NCBI GenBank assembly: GCA_028534125.1
Contig: CM052818.1
Coordinates: 37,636,001-37,700,000 of the forward strand
Direction: 5' to 3'
Source of the DNA: Lama glama
Lineage: Eukaryota
Length of the DNA stretch: 64,000 nucleotides
This document shows positions 37,935 to 51,270 of this stretch, one piece after another. The stretch's first letter is position 1. Each line of letters begins with the position of its first letter. The notes beneath the pieces were generated by a model. It ran no database searches. It had not been told where the DNA came from and saw only the letters and a list, made by a program, of their open reading frames with translations. Made by a program: the position numbers and the translations under genes.

Positions 37935-39085
37935 CCATTAAAAAAAAAGGACCTCAATTCATCTCTCTCACCTTATAAAAATACTAAATATGGATTATGT
38001 ATCTAAATTGTAACACCTACAACTATAAAACTACTAGAAGAAAGCTTAGGGAAAAAAATCTCATGAATTAGTCAGCATTATTAGATATGACACCAAAGGT
38101 ATGATTCACCAAAGAAGAAACTGAGAAATTGGACTCATCAAAATAAAATATTTTTCTCTGTGAGAGGTACTGTTAAGAGAGTGAAAAGACAAGCCATAGA
38201 TTTTAAGAAAATATTTGCCATCACATATCTGACAAAGGACTTGTATCTAGGAAATGTACTCTCAAAGCTTAACAATAGGAGAAACAAAAAAGCCAATAAA
38301 AATTTTTGAACAAACGCTTAGCAAAGATGATGAATGGTTGACAAATAACTACAATAAATAAAGTTTGAAATTGTTCATCTTTAAGAAAATTCAAATTAAA
38401 ACCACAATGAGATACTTCTACATACTTAAGAGTATGGATAAAATTAAAACAAACAAAAATAACTGACAGTACCAAGTACTACTGAGGATACAGAGCAAGT
38501 ATAACTCTTACTCATAACTATGGAGATGCAAGTTAGTAAAACCACTTTGGAGTATAGTTGATGTACACCTAGCATGAGACCCACTAATATCACTCCTACC
38601 TATTTACTCAAGAGAAACAAAAACTTACGTTCAGATACAACCCGCATGTGAATATTTGCAACTGTATTTCTGATGTCTCTGCCCAAATGTCCTTCAACTG
38701 GTGAACAGATAAACATACTGCAGTATATTCATGCGACTTGATACTACAAAGCAATAAAGAGAAATGAACTATTTATACATGAAGCAACATAGGTAAATCT
38801 CACATAGATAACTCTGAGAGAAATAAGCCAGACCAAAAAAGCTACATGACTACATATATGGTTTCATTTTTATGATATCCTCAAAAACACAAACATCTGT
38901 AGTTGCCAGGATTCTGGAATGGGGATTGGTTGACTATGGAAGAGCTGCCCAGGGGATTTTTTTTTGGGTGATGGAAATCTTCTGTATCTTGTAGTGGTGC
39001 TTCATTACTTTACCCATTTTCCAAAACACACAGAACTCTTCACAAGAAGTAGTGGAATTTACTGAATATAAATTTTAAAATAAGT
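37935..39085 (+). mobile_element. Old L1 (L1MC/MD-type) ORF2 C-terminus and 3'UTR
   Basis: aactataaaactactagaagaaa; gtgaaaagacaagccataga; catatctgacaaaggacttgtatctag; aaattaaaaccacaatgagatac. Confidence 0.88.
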
Positions 39086-39949
39086 ACATTTTAAATGCCT
39101 TTTTATTTTTGTTTCAAGCAAAGAAATGTACCTCCAAAGTACATGATGTCCAAAAGAATTTGATGGTTGACAAGAGTTAGTTGATGAATTTTAACTTGTC
39201 ATCATAAATTATCCAAGTTGTAGCTTTGCTCTAAATGGTTGGAATCTTAACAGGAAAAAGGATCCTGTTTGGACTTGAATTTCTCCTTGCTTCCTTTAGG
39301 ATGGTGAGAGTGCTTCCAATAATACCAAACAAGAGGAGCTACTACTGTAATGAGAGTCTCCATGGGTACCCTGAGTGGATCACAGGTTTAGAAAAAGAAA
39401 AAAGGCCATAAGAACCTCCTAAGAAACTTATCCAAGGAAGTCTTTTCTTGAAACTCTTTGCCTGGCAACCTCTTAATGCTTTTCTGGGAAAAGTTCAAAG
39501 TACTTTTTTGATCTTTTATCCTCTCTCATATCCTCACCCACCCTGAACTAATACCTATCTTTCCTTCCTTTAGCTTTCTGTTTAGTTCTCTGTCACCAAA
39601 ACTCCAAAGTCAATCCCATGAGAGCAGACTTTTATATCTTATCCTTGCCTTCTTACTGTCTGGAATATTCTAGAATATACATGTCACCACCACCACCACC
39701 CCGTTTTCTTGAAACATTTTATCTTCCAGGTTTTAGTATTGCCACATCCTCTGGGTTTACATCGTCCTAACACCCGCCAGCACCTTCTAATTTTATGTGC
39801 TGACTCCTCTGCTCTTTCAGGTTTCTAAATGCAGTGCTAGTCCTACTAGTGTTTGAAAGTCTCCTTTCTTTTCAAACCATCCTGGCTCTTTGAGTAACCA
39901 TGCCTCATTCTACAGGTACAACTAAAACAGTAAGCTGGCAACACCTGGG

Positions 39950-40688
39950 AAAGGCTGCCAGTTGTCCCTCCCCAAATCTGTTTGCTCCATCCTCTTCAGT
40001 GTTAGAATTTTATCTGGGCTGAATTTTCCAGCCTCCCTTATAGTTAGGTGAAGTAAGCTTTCATCAGTGAAATATGAACAGATATAATTAGTACATTATT
40101 TGTTAAGATGATTGTTACTTTTTGTTTAGATGGTTGTTCTTCCCTGCCTACTGGGTTAGGCATGGTTACAACTAGAACAGCCACCTATATAGACCCAGAG
40201 AGGGGAGCCATATGTTGAAGTCCTCAGAAATCATAGATCCCTTGCAAGATGTCTTTAAAAATTTTTAGTCTTCCTCAACAAGTATACTTTAACTTTCAAT
40301 TCTCTATCTGGAAATTTTCAGAGAGCTGACATTGATCTAGTGGAGTTGTTTTGGCTGCAGATATTTGTAGAGAGAAAAATGTGTCTGGGGATTTATGTGC
40401 AACCTACATTTAAGATGTTGACAGCCAATTATGACATCTAAGCTCCAGGTTGAAACAAACATGGAAGCAAAATGTCTACCCCTAAAGGAATGTTCTCCTG
40501 CAGGATAATGCTGAATATATGATCAAGATGGACCTTTCCCTTAAATTATACTCATTTTTGTCTTCTCCCTTTTTCTTGCCTTCCCTCACCTATTCACTTG
40601 TAGGATTCTCTTGGGAGTATTTTTTAATAAAACACTTGCACACAAGTTCAATCTGAGGGTCTGCTTCTGCAGAATCTGACATAAAGCA
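39950..40688 (+). mobile_element. Old MLT1-like fragment followed by an ERVL (LTR16-like) LTR end
   Basis: ttttccagcctcccttatagttaggtg (MLT1) and aataaaacacttgcacacaag...agggtctgcttctgcagaatctgacataaagca (LTR 3' end). Confidence 0.55.
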
Positions 40689-41099
40689 CTGCTCATGTTC
40701 TAAGTCAGTCTCTTAGACTATCTCTTACTCAATTTTATAACAAATAGGTTAAAGAAGAATTTCTTTATATAAAAATGAGCGCACACACCCACACATCAGT
40801 GTGGAAACAATAAAGTTACTATAGGAAACTATAGGGAATTTAGGATACACAAATCTTAAGACACCCAAAGTTTACACCTTCAGTGTAAAATAGAATAAAA
40901 ATTAACTTGAACCTTGGTGAAATCGAGAATAATACCTCATCATCAATATTGGTATTAAACAGAGCTAATTTTTTTTTAAAATCAGGAGACAATAACTAAA
41001 TCTCATACACCAGTGGTTAAAGTGTTTTCCACAAGGAAAGCATCAGACAACATGCTTTATGTTTATCAAACATTGAAAGTACAAGTGAATCAAATACAC

Positions 41100-42150
41100 C
41101 CAAGACAGAGCATATATTGTACATTTTCTATGGGCACTTGAAAGCAATTTGTATTCTGCTATTGTTAGGTGAAATATTCCATAAATGTTGGTTAGATTCT
41201 TTCGGTGGTTTGTAGTGCTGTTCAGTTCTTCTATACCATTGCTGATTTTCTGTCCAGTTTGATCAATTATTGACAGAGGAGTGTTCAAGTCTGAACTATA
41301 ACTGTAGATTTGTTTATTTCTTCTGACAATACTATCAGTTTTTATTTCACTTATTTTTCACCTTTTGATTTTATATTCACATTTAGGTTTGCTATGTCTT
41401 CTTGGTAGACTAACCTTTTTTTATCATTATACAACATCCCCTTTTATCTCTGATGATTTACTTTGCTCTGAATTCTACTTTATTTTACATTAATGTAGCA
41501 ATTTCTCCTTTACTTTGATTAATGTTTACATGATTTATCTTTTCCCATCTTTTTACTTTCAGTCTGCCTATATTGTTATATTTGATATAATTTTCTTTGT
41601 AAGTAATATATATAGTTGGGTTATTTATTTAATATAATCTGCTAATCCCTGTCTTTTCAATGATGTATTTATACCACTTATATTTAATGTAGTTTTTGAG
41701 GACTTAAGTTTACCTCTTTTTTTCTGTTTTTTATTTTCTTTCTAGTTTTGTTCTGTTTTGTTTTTTCTATCTTTCTACAGGTTGAGCATTTTTAAAAATT
41801 CCATTTTCATTTATCTACTGTTTTGAATATATCTCTTTCTGTAGTATTTTTAGTAGTGGTTCTAAGTATTACATGCATAACATCACAGTCTAATGTTTTG
41901 TCAATCCTCATTGGTCTTTATGAGTTATTGATTTCTTCAGTTCCATGTCTAGGTCATATGAGTGAAAGGAAAACTTGGGGAATTTACCGCTTCTTTGGGT
42001 CCTGATGAGTCAAGGTAGTCTGCTTTCTTTATTCCACCTTTCAGGATTTTCTTATGTTTGCTGTATGTATGATGTCTAAACTTTTCATTGTAGTTAGTTG
42101 GAAAATAGGGGGAAATATATTTACTCCGTCATCCTAGAAGAAGAAATCCA
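41100..42150 (-). mobile_element. Old L1 endonuclease region joined to its 5' terminus (internally deleted)
   Basis: Minus ORF NTPLSIIDQTGQKISNGIEELNST...TNIYGIFHLTIAEYKLLSSAH matches the L1 ORF2 endonuclease domain; 5'-end motif ttactccgtcatcctagaag near 42121-42140. Confidence 0.85.
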
Positions 42151-42253
42151 AAATATTTATTTTCATTTGGTTTTTTCCATAATAAATTATAAGGTAAAAT
42201 AACTAGAGTTGAGGAAATATTCTGATAAGTTAGAAGCACTGTCCACTAGGAAT

Positions 42254-42728
42254 ATATATTAATTTCCTAATACTGCTGCAACAAATTACCACAAATTTAG
42301 TGGCTTAAAATAACACAAATTTATTATCTTATAGTTCTGGAGGTAAAAAATGTGAAATGGGTCTCACTGAATAGGATTGTGCTCCTTATGAAGGCTCTAG
42401 GGGATAATCTGTTTACCTACCTTTTCTAGTTACTAGATTCTGCCTACATTCTTTGATTTGGGGCTTTCTTCCATTTTTAAACCAGCAGTTGTATAACTCT
42501 GACCTCTGCCTTTGTTGTCATGTCTCCTCTGACTCTGACTCTCCTGCCTCTCCTTTTCGCTTATAAAAACCATTTTGATTACATTGGTCCCACCCAGATA
42601 ATCCACCTCAAGATCATTAGGTGATCACAGCTGCAAAATCCCTTTTGCTGTGTGAAGATAATGTATCCACAGGTTCTGGAGATTAGAATGTGGACCTCTT
42701 TGGGAGGTCATTATTTCAGCCCATCACA
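42254..42728 (-). mobile_element. MaLR LTR (MLT1C/D-like)
   Basis: ctgctgcaacaaattaccacaaatttagtggcttaaaataacac...ttctggagattagaatgtggacctctttgggagg...cagcccatcaca. Confidence 0.9.
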
Positions 42729-43349
42729 GGAAGATTTATTTAGAAGAGCTCTCTCATCTCACTTTTAAGCCATATATGCATTTAGCATAGCTTTGAGTCA
42801 AGTGAATTTTGTATTTTTTTGGTTAAACAAGATTGAACAAGTTTTTAGATTTTGTTTTTTCAAAAAATCAGAATGGCAAAATCTTTAGTAAGCTAATATT
42901 AAGGACATAGTGACCTCCTATGACATGACTCTTGAAGAAAAGAATATTAAATACATAATTTCCTGGAAACATACATGTTTCTATTTATTATTTTTCATAG
43001 AATTAATTTTTGTAAAAAATCCACTGTAAAATGTTCCCTAGAAAAAAACTCTCTTAAGGATTTTTTTCTAATTTCTTCTTTTGTCAAATATTATGGAGGT
43101 GACTGCCTGTACTGATAATGTAATAGTATACTATATGTGTCTAGGACACAATCCACTTTCTTGAGATGTGCACACGATGTTATGAACTCTTTGCTCTAGC
43201 AACTGCTCCAAAGAACTAGTTTGTCACATTACTCAAAAAAAAATTAATTAATTACAAAATGAGCATTGAGAGTTGTAGAATTATACATTGATTTCAAGAA
43301 TCCAAAACCTTGACATATACTTTCTGCAAAGATGCAAAAAACATATTTG

Positions 43350-43830
43350 TTAATTTGTCCATTTGTCATTTAACATCCGTTGAGCATTTATCACATTGCA
43401 TGCTATATACTAAGCATGAAGTCTGCAAAAATTTGGAAAACATGTGCCTTGCTCCTTAGGAGCAGAGTTTAGCAGAATCAGGGAGTGAAGCCAAGGAACA
43501 GATTGAGCCTGGTTGGGAAAGAAGGTGGGAAAAGACTCCAAAAAGCATCTATGAGTTGATCTCATTCTTACAGAACAAGTAAGAGTGAGATGTTAACCAA
43601 AAGAGTAGTTACAAGGGGAGTGGTTGGCTAAGTGACTAGTTAATCAATGGAAGAGGAGTGGGAAGACCATTACAGAGACAGAATAGTATAAGCAATGTCA
43701 AGAAATTTCAAAGAGGTAAGTTCTGAAGAGCTCTATGAGATTTAATGATTTGGAGTGGGGAATGTGAAACAAATCAGTGGCGGATGAGGCTTCAGAAGGA
43801 TTTAGGGCTGAATTAGGGAAAATAATGTTT
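43350..43830 (-). mobile_element. L2 3' fragment
   Basis: catttaacatccgttgagcatttatc...tgccttgctccttaggagc. Confidence 0.6.
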
Positions 43831-43953
43831 TAATTACTTAATCCTATATAGAAAACACAGAGTCACCAAAGCTTTTCTGGGCTTTGCAAAATGCATCTTG
43901 TTCTTTCTTGCAACTGTCAGACCTGAGGTGGGCAATCCATAGGCTACAATCCA

Positions 43954-44081
43954 CAGGGTGATCACAGTACTAACTACCCGTGATAGGTGACATTTATACG
44001 AACTGTCCCAGTCTTCAATAGTGTCTGCTTTCACCCTTGAAAGTGTCCTGGTTTGACTTATAAACTATATAATCATATTCA
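43954..44081 (-). mobile_element. MER94-like hAT-Blackjack MITE
   Basis: cagggtgatcac start; ctttcacccttgaaagtgtcctggtttgacttataaactatataatca. Confidence 0.65.
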
Positions 44082-44349
44082 GACCATTGCACTATTTACT
44101 ACAGAAACATAGATATTGCATAATTAAGGTGTGTCTCATTTTATTCTTTCTTACAATTCCTGCCATCTGAGACGAAAATTCTGTAAGTCGAATTGATACT
44201 AGAGAAAGTGAATTGTATGAAAAAAAGATTAGTGTACCTAGATCTTGGTTAGAACGCATACATTTAGGGCAGCATTTTGTATGAGGAGCAAAGAGAGAAG
44301 GGTGACTGAAGTTGTCTTAGGTGGTTTTCTATCATCATTTCAGGTACAA

Positions 44350-44885
44350 CTCTGAATTTAGGCTGTGCCTGTTCTGTTACTCACCTGAGGCTGGACAATT
44401 TACTATACTTCTCTATCCACAGTTTCTTTATTTGTGAAACAACTATAACAGTACTCATCTTACAACATTAAGAATTAAAGCAATCAACATAACAAAACAT
44501 TTATAATATACTTAGCCTAGCACTATCTAAGATTATTATTGTTACTGCTAAGTGGTTTTCTTGTGCTCAATTCTTGACTTTTGACTTCAGCCGTTGTCTA
44601 ATTCCCTCGTGGCCCCGACTTCCTTGAGGGGTCATCTTCCGTGGCTCTAACGTTTTCTGCTAAAACTGATTACAAAATTGCCATCAACACCATTGCACTT
44701 GACCCACTTTACTGGCTCTTCCAGTGTCATTTTCCCCACTAATTTGTGGGCTGTCCAAACTCAGGGCAAAATCTCTTTCTTACTCAAAATAATATCCTTA
44801 GGGCCTTAAATGACTGTGCCTGGAACATAGCAGATGCTAAACGGATGTTTTGAATGAAAAAAAAAAACAGAATGAATGAATAAAT
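44350..44885 (+). mobile_element. MIR followed by an L2 3' end
   Basis: ggacaatttactatacttctctatccacagtttctttatttgtgaaac (MIR); gtgcctggaacatagcagatgctaaacggatgttttgaatgaa (L2 tail). Confidence 0.7.
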
Positions 44886-45024
44886 GGATTGATCCTATTA
44901 TGTTTTTGTGATGGTGGGAGCTTCCTGAAGGGTTATCTGTAACCTGGGTTCTCTGTGTGTTTCTCTGGCATGCTAGACAATCAAAGCTATATCTCCAATC
45001 ACTTTGCAGTAAATTGCTTCAGGT

Positions 45025-45233
45025 CAGTGGTCTCAATCACGGGTGATTATGCCATCCAGAGGACGTCTGGCAGTATCCAGAGACATTTCTGGTTGTCACA
45101 ATTGGGGGAGTCTAACTGGCCTCTAGTGGGTACAAGCCAGGGATGCTGCTTAACATCCTGCAATGTACAAGGCAGCCTCCAAAAACAAATTATCAGGCCG
45201 CAAGTGTCATTATGCTAAGTTTGAGAAACCCTG
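45025..45233 (+). mobile_element. MER20 hAT-Charlie MITE, near full length
   Basis: cagtggtctcaa...agacatttctggttgtcacaattgggg...gccagggatgctgcttaacatcctgcaatgtaca...ttgagaaaccctg. Confidence 0.9.
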
Positions 45234-45326
45234 GTAGATCCATGGATATAACATATAATTTGTGTGATACTTAAGACATCTCCTTAATACATCTTTGATT
45301 TCAGATATATGTCAGAGCGCCACCTA

Positions 45327-45705
45327 TGTGTTATTTTTAACCCCAGGAATTTATCCCCAAAGGCTTAGGAACGTGGTTAGCCCGCTGTCATGCCTGCTGG
45401 GCAACCTGGAAGTGGGAGGAAGTCAGTGGTCTTGGAGGACAACTTTAAACTGTGTGGGATAGGGCTTGGTGGATAAACGGCTGAGTATACAGGTCTTTCA
45501 AGGGACTTTTTTAGCTTATATTTTTTAGAGTTATTCAGACATTTCCCTGTGGGATTGAGACCCAGTAGTCTTCAGTGGTAACTTTCTTGGATTTTTCTCC
45601 TTCCCTTTCTTGCTCTCCTTGCTCTGCTGCTCCTACTCCCAAATAAACTACCTGTACCCAAGCAACTGTGTAAAGCTCTATTTTTGGATGAACCCAAACT
45701 TAGGC
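45327..45705 (+). mobile_element. ERVL LTR16-like LTR
   Basis: gggcaacctggaagtg...; ctcccaaataaactacctgtacccaag...gaacccaaacttaggca. Confidence 0.7.
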
Positions 45706-48335
45706 AATGGATCCTCTCTCAGAAAACAAGTAACAGCTCCCGGAAGTGGTGAAACAGAGGCGTGAAGGTCGAGCTGTTCCAAATCCACTTCAGGACACAT
45801 TGGAAATATAATAGCGAAGTTAAACAGTCTAAGCAGATTATTGTGAGTCATTTCCATTGATCTCAGTCATTTTTATGACTAAGGCATGAGAAATGAAGGT
45901 TCCCGTGCCCTGACTACTGACGCAGAGCTGGAGATTACTAATATAGAAGAATATTAGTACTTCTATACTGGTCTTGCTTACTCCTCATCTTAATTTTCTT
46001 TGGTCTGAGTAGCGTATGCGATTGGAGTTAAGAAAAAGAACTAGCTATTGTAATAACTGGGAAAGAGGAAGTGAGAAAATCGGTTTTCATTTATGGCATT
46101 TCCTGCGGTTCAGATGCCACAGATGCTCTTTAAATCACTGCCCAAATTTATAGACGCTGTCATTCAATTGAAAGCATTAATGAAACCCTGTAGAAGGCTT
46201 TATATTATGAAAAATGATGCAGAGAAACGAGGAAGACATATAAGTTCTCTAGATCGAGACAGAATCCGCACTTGAAGTTCCATACTATAAATTGATATGT
46301 AATTTTTCTAAGGGTAGCTAAGAGTTGCCTTAGCAGGTGGAGTTAGCTGGGGACCTCACAATATTGTGATCTTGACATCCAAAAGCTTTCAGGGTTCAAC
46401 GCAATCAGTCATATGAATGCCTACATGCAATATTATTCTGCCTAGATTTCTTCATGCATTATATATAGGTTAAAAAAGGTTGCCATAAATAGTAGGTTCA
46501 TAGAAAGGACAGATTGAACGTTTGAACTCTTTGCAAATGAAAAAAATGTGAGAGGGAGAAAGACCATTTTTCACTTCCTTCCTGGACTCCCCGTCACCCC
46601 TCTAATGCAGGCGACTGCAGAAGCAACATTAGTTCAACATTAAAATTCGATAAGACTTTTTCTTGATTCCAGCCTGACAGGACTCCTGCATGGCAGAGAA
46701 GCCACACGGCTGAATGAATGGGTTTCTAAACAAATTGGGTCAGATGTTGTGTTTGCTTGACTTACTTAAGATTGATTGGTAATTAAGTGGTTTAAAATTG
46801 GTATTTTCCTAGTGGAGAAAACTTGGAGCAGGGCTTTTTGGGTTTTTTGAGACCTTCAGAGGATTTGGTGAAAAAATAGTAAAGAGAAATAGATATTTTT
46901 GAAGAGTCTTGGTGTCCAAAGAATAGGATGCTGTTTCCTCTTTTGAACATTCCTCAAGCCTGGGGCAGAGACATTTAATGATGGAAAATCACTCCATGGT
47001 CAGAATTACAGTGCGTAACAAGTGCTCCCTCTTCTAAAGAATGCAGAAAAAAATAAATGTACATCCACCTTCCTCTTCAGATCAAAATCAGTGATTTATG
47101 GCTGACCAGCTTACACGGAACTGAACTGATTCTCTCTGGTGACCTAGATCATGTTTGGTAAGTGAGTGCAGAGACAGAAGTGGGGGAAATGGATTCCGGG
47201 AAGAAACATAAGTGACAGCCAGGGTGGGTAGGTCAGCTTGGGGTGAGACTAAACAGATGGCGGAGAAGAAATCCCATCACTACTTATTCAGGACCCAGTA
47301 GAGCACAGCTAAGCATTACTAAAGATCTCAGTTAAATTAAGATCACTTCTTCTGTACTCCTGTGGAAATGTGGAAATGCGTGCATATCTCGTATTAGATA
47401 TAATAAAAATTTGTAAATATTATGAAATGTGTGTTTACTTGCTTATCTCCATCCCTAAAATATGCACTCTGGTATTTTTGTTATAGCTTCCCAAGGTGAC
47501 AGGTCTTATTTATTTTTGTTTCTCTAGAATCTGCTGCATGTTTGTAGAGAACTTGGTGCAGTCTTGAATATTTCAATAACATATAGAGCCAGACAGAACA
47601 CATAGGGGAAATTTTGTTGTTATTGTGGGGGAGGGGGGCAAGGGCATAAAGTATTTTATCTGGTTTCGTAGAGTTTCCTGGAAACATCAAGTCTTTCTAA
47701 TGCATATACTAATTAATGAAACTTCCTAGGAAATAAACAGTTGCCAGATGCTGAAGGAAATAAGCCAGTCAATCAGACAGAAATGCCATCTTTTTAAAGT
47801 ACTTGTATATTCTATAGGTAATAAGATGATAATGACTCTGAAGGTAAAAGGTTACAGGGTATAAAGGTACAAATCATTACATTAGTTGGATTGGTTATGT
47901 AGACTTTTAAATGGGAGAGACATCAGGAAGAGCCTGGAAAATAGACAAAATTTGGCTGGAATTGGAGGATGGGTGGGGTATGAATTTGTGTAAGTTAGAT
48001 GCAGTCTGTGAAGAAGTTTTTTTTTTAAAAAGCACATAGGTGGGAAAGGATAGGGACAGATACATAAACTATCAGGTGGCTTGATTGCAATGTAGGGGCT
48101 ATGAAGGAAAATAAAAGAGTAAGGTGGGGGAGATCGTCTAGGGTTGGGCAGTCAGGGGTCTTAAGTGGCAGTCTGAGGGTCTGGAGCTTTGTTAGTAATC
48201 AATGGGGACCTACTGAAGATTCGTGAGCAGGCTTATGCCCAAGGCAGGCTCACTTGGTAATGGGATTCAGGATGGATTCAACTTCAGAGATTGGAGTTAG
48301 GGAGTCTGAATTAGTATTGAAAGTGTGCCAGCAGA

Positions 48336-48439
48336 GAATCCTTTCACAATGTATACGTGTAGCAAATCATTGTGTTAAACACTTCAAATATTTTACAGTT
48401 TTATTTGTCAGTTACACCTTAATAAACCTGGAAAAAAAA
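48336..48439 (+). mobile_element. L1MC-type 3' terminal fragment
   Basis: aatcctttcacaatgtatacgtgtagcaaatc...ttttatttgtcagttacaccttaataaacctggaaaaaaaa. Confidence 0.75.
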
Positions 48440-50239
48440 TGTGTGCTGAAGTGAAGTACAGTGGGTTAAGAGACACTGGCTTAGTGCTGGAGGACAAAGA
48501 CGAGAGAGAAACTGGTTCCAGACCTGTTAAATTCAAGCACCACAACCAGGTACTTAAATGACCTGATTTTCAGAGCCTTTGATTGCCCATTGTTAGGCGG
48601 AAGATACCACATGTGATGATACATTTAAAATAAAATGTGTGTTCTTTCACTAAGCTTTAGGTAACCTTAAAACTTATTTCCATGTCCTAAGCAAAGAGTT
48701 TTCAACCTGGGCTATATATTTAAGCCTCCTGAGGAGTTCTTAAAACTAGGAGAGCCTGGAGCAACTCCCCCAACTCACTTGTGTTTACATTTACGCTTCC
48801 ACGTGGAAAGCAGTCTCACATGCTGCCTGTTACTGCAGGAAGGGACAGTAATTAGTGCAATCACAGATACTCCCGTTGGGTGATTCATCGAACATCTTAC
48901 AATTCTATGAAATCCTTATGGTTTATAATTATGCATTTTGACAGGTTTTTTTTTTTTTTTTACATTTTCCCTTACTTTACTAGTTGGTAACCTAGGATTA
49001 TTCTTAGAAATTCATTACTGAATGCTTGTTGTTAAAAAAGTCATTATCACTTGATTGACTGGAGTTAGAAATTGCTTCATACTGTCCATCTAAAGCCACT
49101 TTTTTGGCTTCCAGTGTATATATTGAGCAGTGTGCTAAGAAGGGAATAAATATTGCCCTGAATAAGGCCATCATATTATGTGAATCAAAACCTCAGTCAA
49201 TTGTGTCTAAAAATATGACGTTTTAAAATGCAATTTCTAAAAAAAAATTATCATGAAGAAGAAATTTCAACAAAGAATCCACAATCATTTTCATATTTAT
49301 GTGAGTATAAATATATATAAATATGTCATATTTAGGCTATTTTATTTTGCCTCCCAGTTCCTGTTTACATATATATATTTTACATAGTTCTCATATAGAT
49401 ATTCAATAAAATTTCCTTCTTTCTCATGAGTTAGTTTAGTTACCATCATATCATTTTAGTTTTTCCAGTATCTTAATATATTTGAGTTTACAATAGCATT
49501 TTAATGAGTGCATGATCCTTCATCAAATGGATACGCTCTGATTAACAGATCATTCCCCCATCAGTAGATGCTTGGGTTGTTGTGAGTTTTGTTACGATAA
49601 CCAATGCTGTTGTGAATATGTCATCTCTGTTCCCTTTCAACTAACAAATCTTCATTAAGCAGTTTTTTATAGTATATAGACTGTTGGGAAAAGATTCAGA
49701 TGTGAATAAACTACTACCTGTCTTCCTAGAGCTGACAGTCTCATAGGAAATCACATGAACCATGCCATAATAGATGGATATACAAATATGGAACCACAAT
49801 GGAGGGAAACTTAACCATGATATATGGATGGAAGACAGCGGACGTTAAAAAAAAGAAAAAGGCATCTTCACTGAGTCCTGAAGAATTTAGTAGGAAGACA
49901 AAGTGGGTAGGGAATCCATTCTGAAGAAATTAAGTATGATTTTTGTGGAGGTTCATAGCTTATAGGAAAATACAGATAAAATGAAAGGAGCAGGTTGTTC
50001 AGTGTGACAGTCTAGAACATCTAAGTTAGAGCAGTGGAAAATGCATTTGGAGAGAGAAGCAAGAGCTTAATTTCCGTATTTTTTTTCTTTATAACAAAAT
50101 GCAAGTAATATTATTATGAGGTCAAAAGGAAAGAGCATTTTTATAGCTCTGGGTATGTATTGCCAAGAATTTTGCAAAAGTTATGCATAAGCACACCAGA
50201 TTCACAGCACATCACTGGCGTTACAAATATAATTAGAAT

Positions 50240-51270
50240 CTTAGGTGTATAATGATTTGGTTAACTTCATCTGGTTAACTTTTTATTGAGAAATATATCA
50301 TCCATACTGAAAAGTATACAATATGCATAGTAGAGTAAAATAATAAAATTGAGTATGCACGTCTCCAACACTAAGTTTAACAAATAAAAGTTTTCCAATG
50401 AAGTAGAAGTCCTCCCATATTATCTCATCCTCTTTACCCACCTATTCACAGGGATGACTGCCTCCTTAAATGTTATGCTGTTACTTATATATCTGTGGGG
50501 TTCTAATATATATGTATATATCCCTAAAATATTTGGTGAAATTTTGCCCACTTTGAACTTTACATACATAGATTTATATATTATGTGTTCCCTTTGACCA
50601 GCTACTTTTTCCAACATTTCATTCTTGAGATACATTTTGTGACTGGCCTGCTATAGTTCATTTATTTTTACTGCTTTATAATGGTGTATTAAATAAATGG
50701 AATATATACTACAGTTTATCTACCTATCTATCTATCTATCTATCATCTATCTATCTATCTATCTAATCTACTGTTGATAAACTTTTCCATCATTATTACT
50801 ATTTCGAACATTTTGTACATGAGTCCTGGTGTCACTCTCTCTAGGATGCATATCTGGGTATAAAAAGGCCATGTATAGATATGAGCATTTTCAGCTTTAC
50901 TAAGTGATGTCAAACTCTTTTCCAAAGTAAATGTGACAATTTACACCACCCCCACCCCCACCCCCAGCAAGGGGGAAATTTCCATTGTTCCATTGGTCCA
51001 GGTCCTCGCCATCACATTTTAACTTTAGTCATTCTAGTACAAAGGCTTTAATGTAATTTCATTTTGGATTTCCTTATTTTTAATGCTATGAAACAACTTC
51101 AATATTTTTGAACCATTTTTCTTATTCTAGTTACTACTGCCCAGTCATGACTTTTACAATTTTTTTTTCTTCTGGAGTTTAGTAGTGGTACATTTTAGAA
51201 ATTATTAGTTGGTTACATGCCTTCTCCCAGCTTGTTGCTTGTCTTTTTTCTTTCTAGTGTTTCTAATGAG
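50240..51270 (-). mobile_element. Old L1ME 3' region containing (TATC)n
   Basis: ctttttattgagaaatatatc; gagcattttcagctttactaagtgatgtcaaactcttttccaaagt. Confidence 0.7.
50717..50770. repeat. Imperfect (TATC)n tetranucleotide repeat
   Basis: Read directly from the sequence. Confidence 0.9.

Noticed and set aside
41043..41288. Endonuclease-like ORF (and ORF2-like ORF at 60219-60407)
   Set aside because: Short decayed L1 ORF2 fragments surrounded by stops and frameshifts, not functional genes
36785..42150. Idea that the L1 piece at 36785-37915 is the displaced missing middle of the L1 at 41100-42150
   Set aside because: Their 5' regions look like different L1 subfamily types, so no rearrangement needs to be invoked
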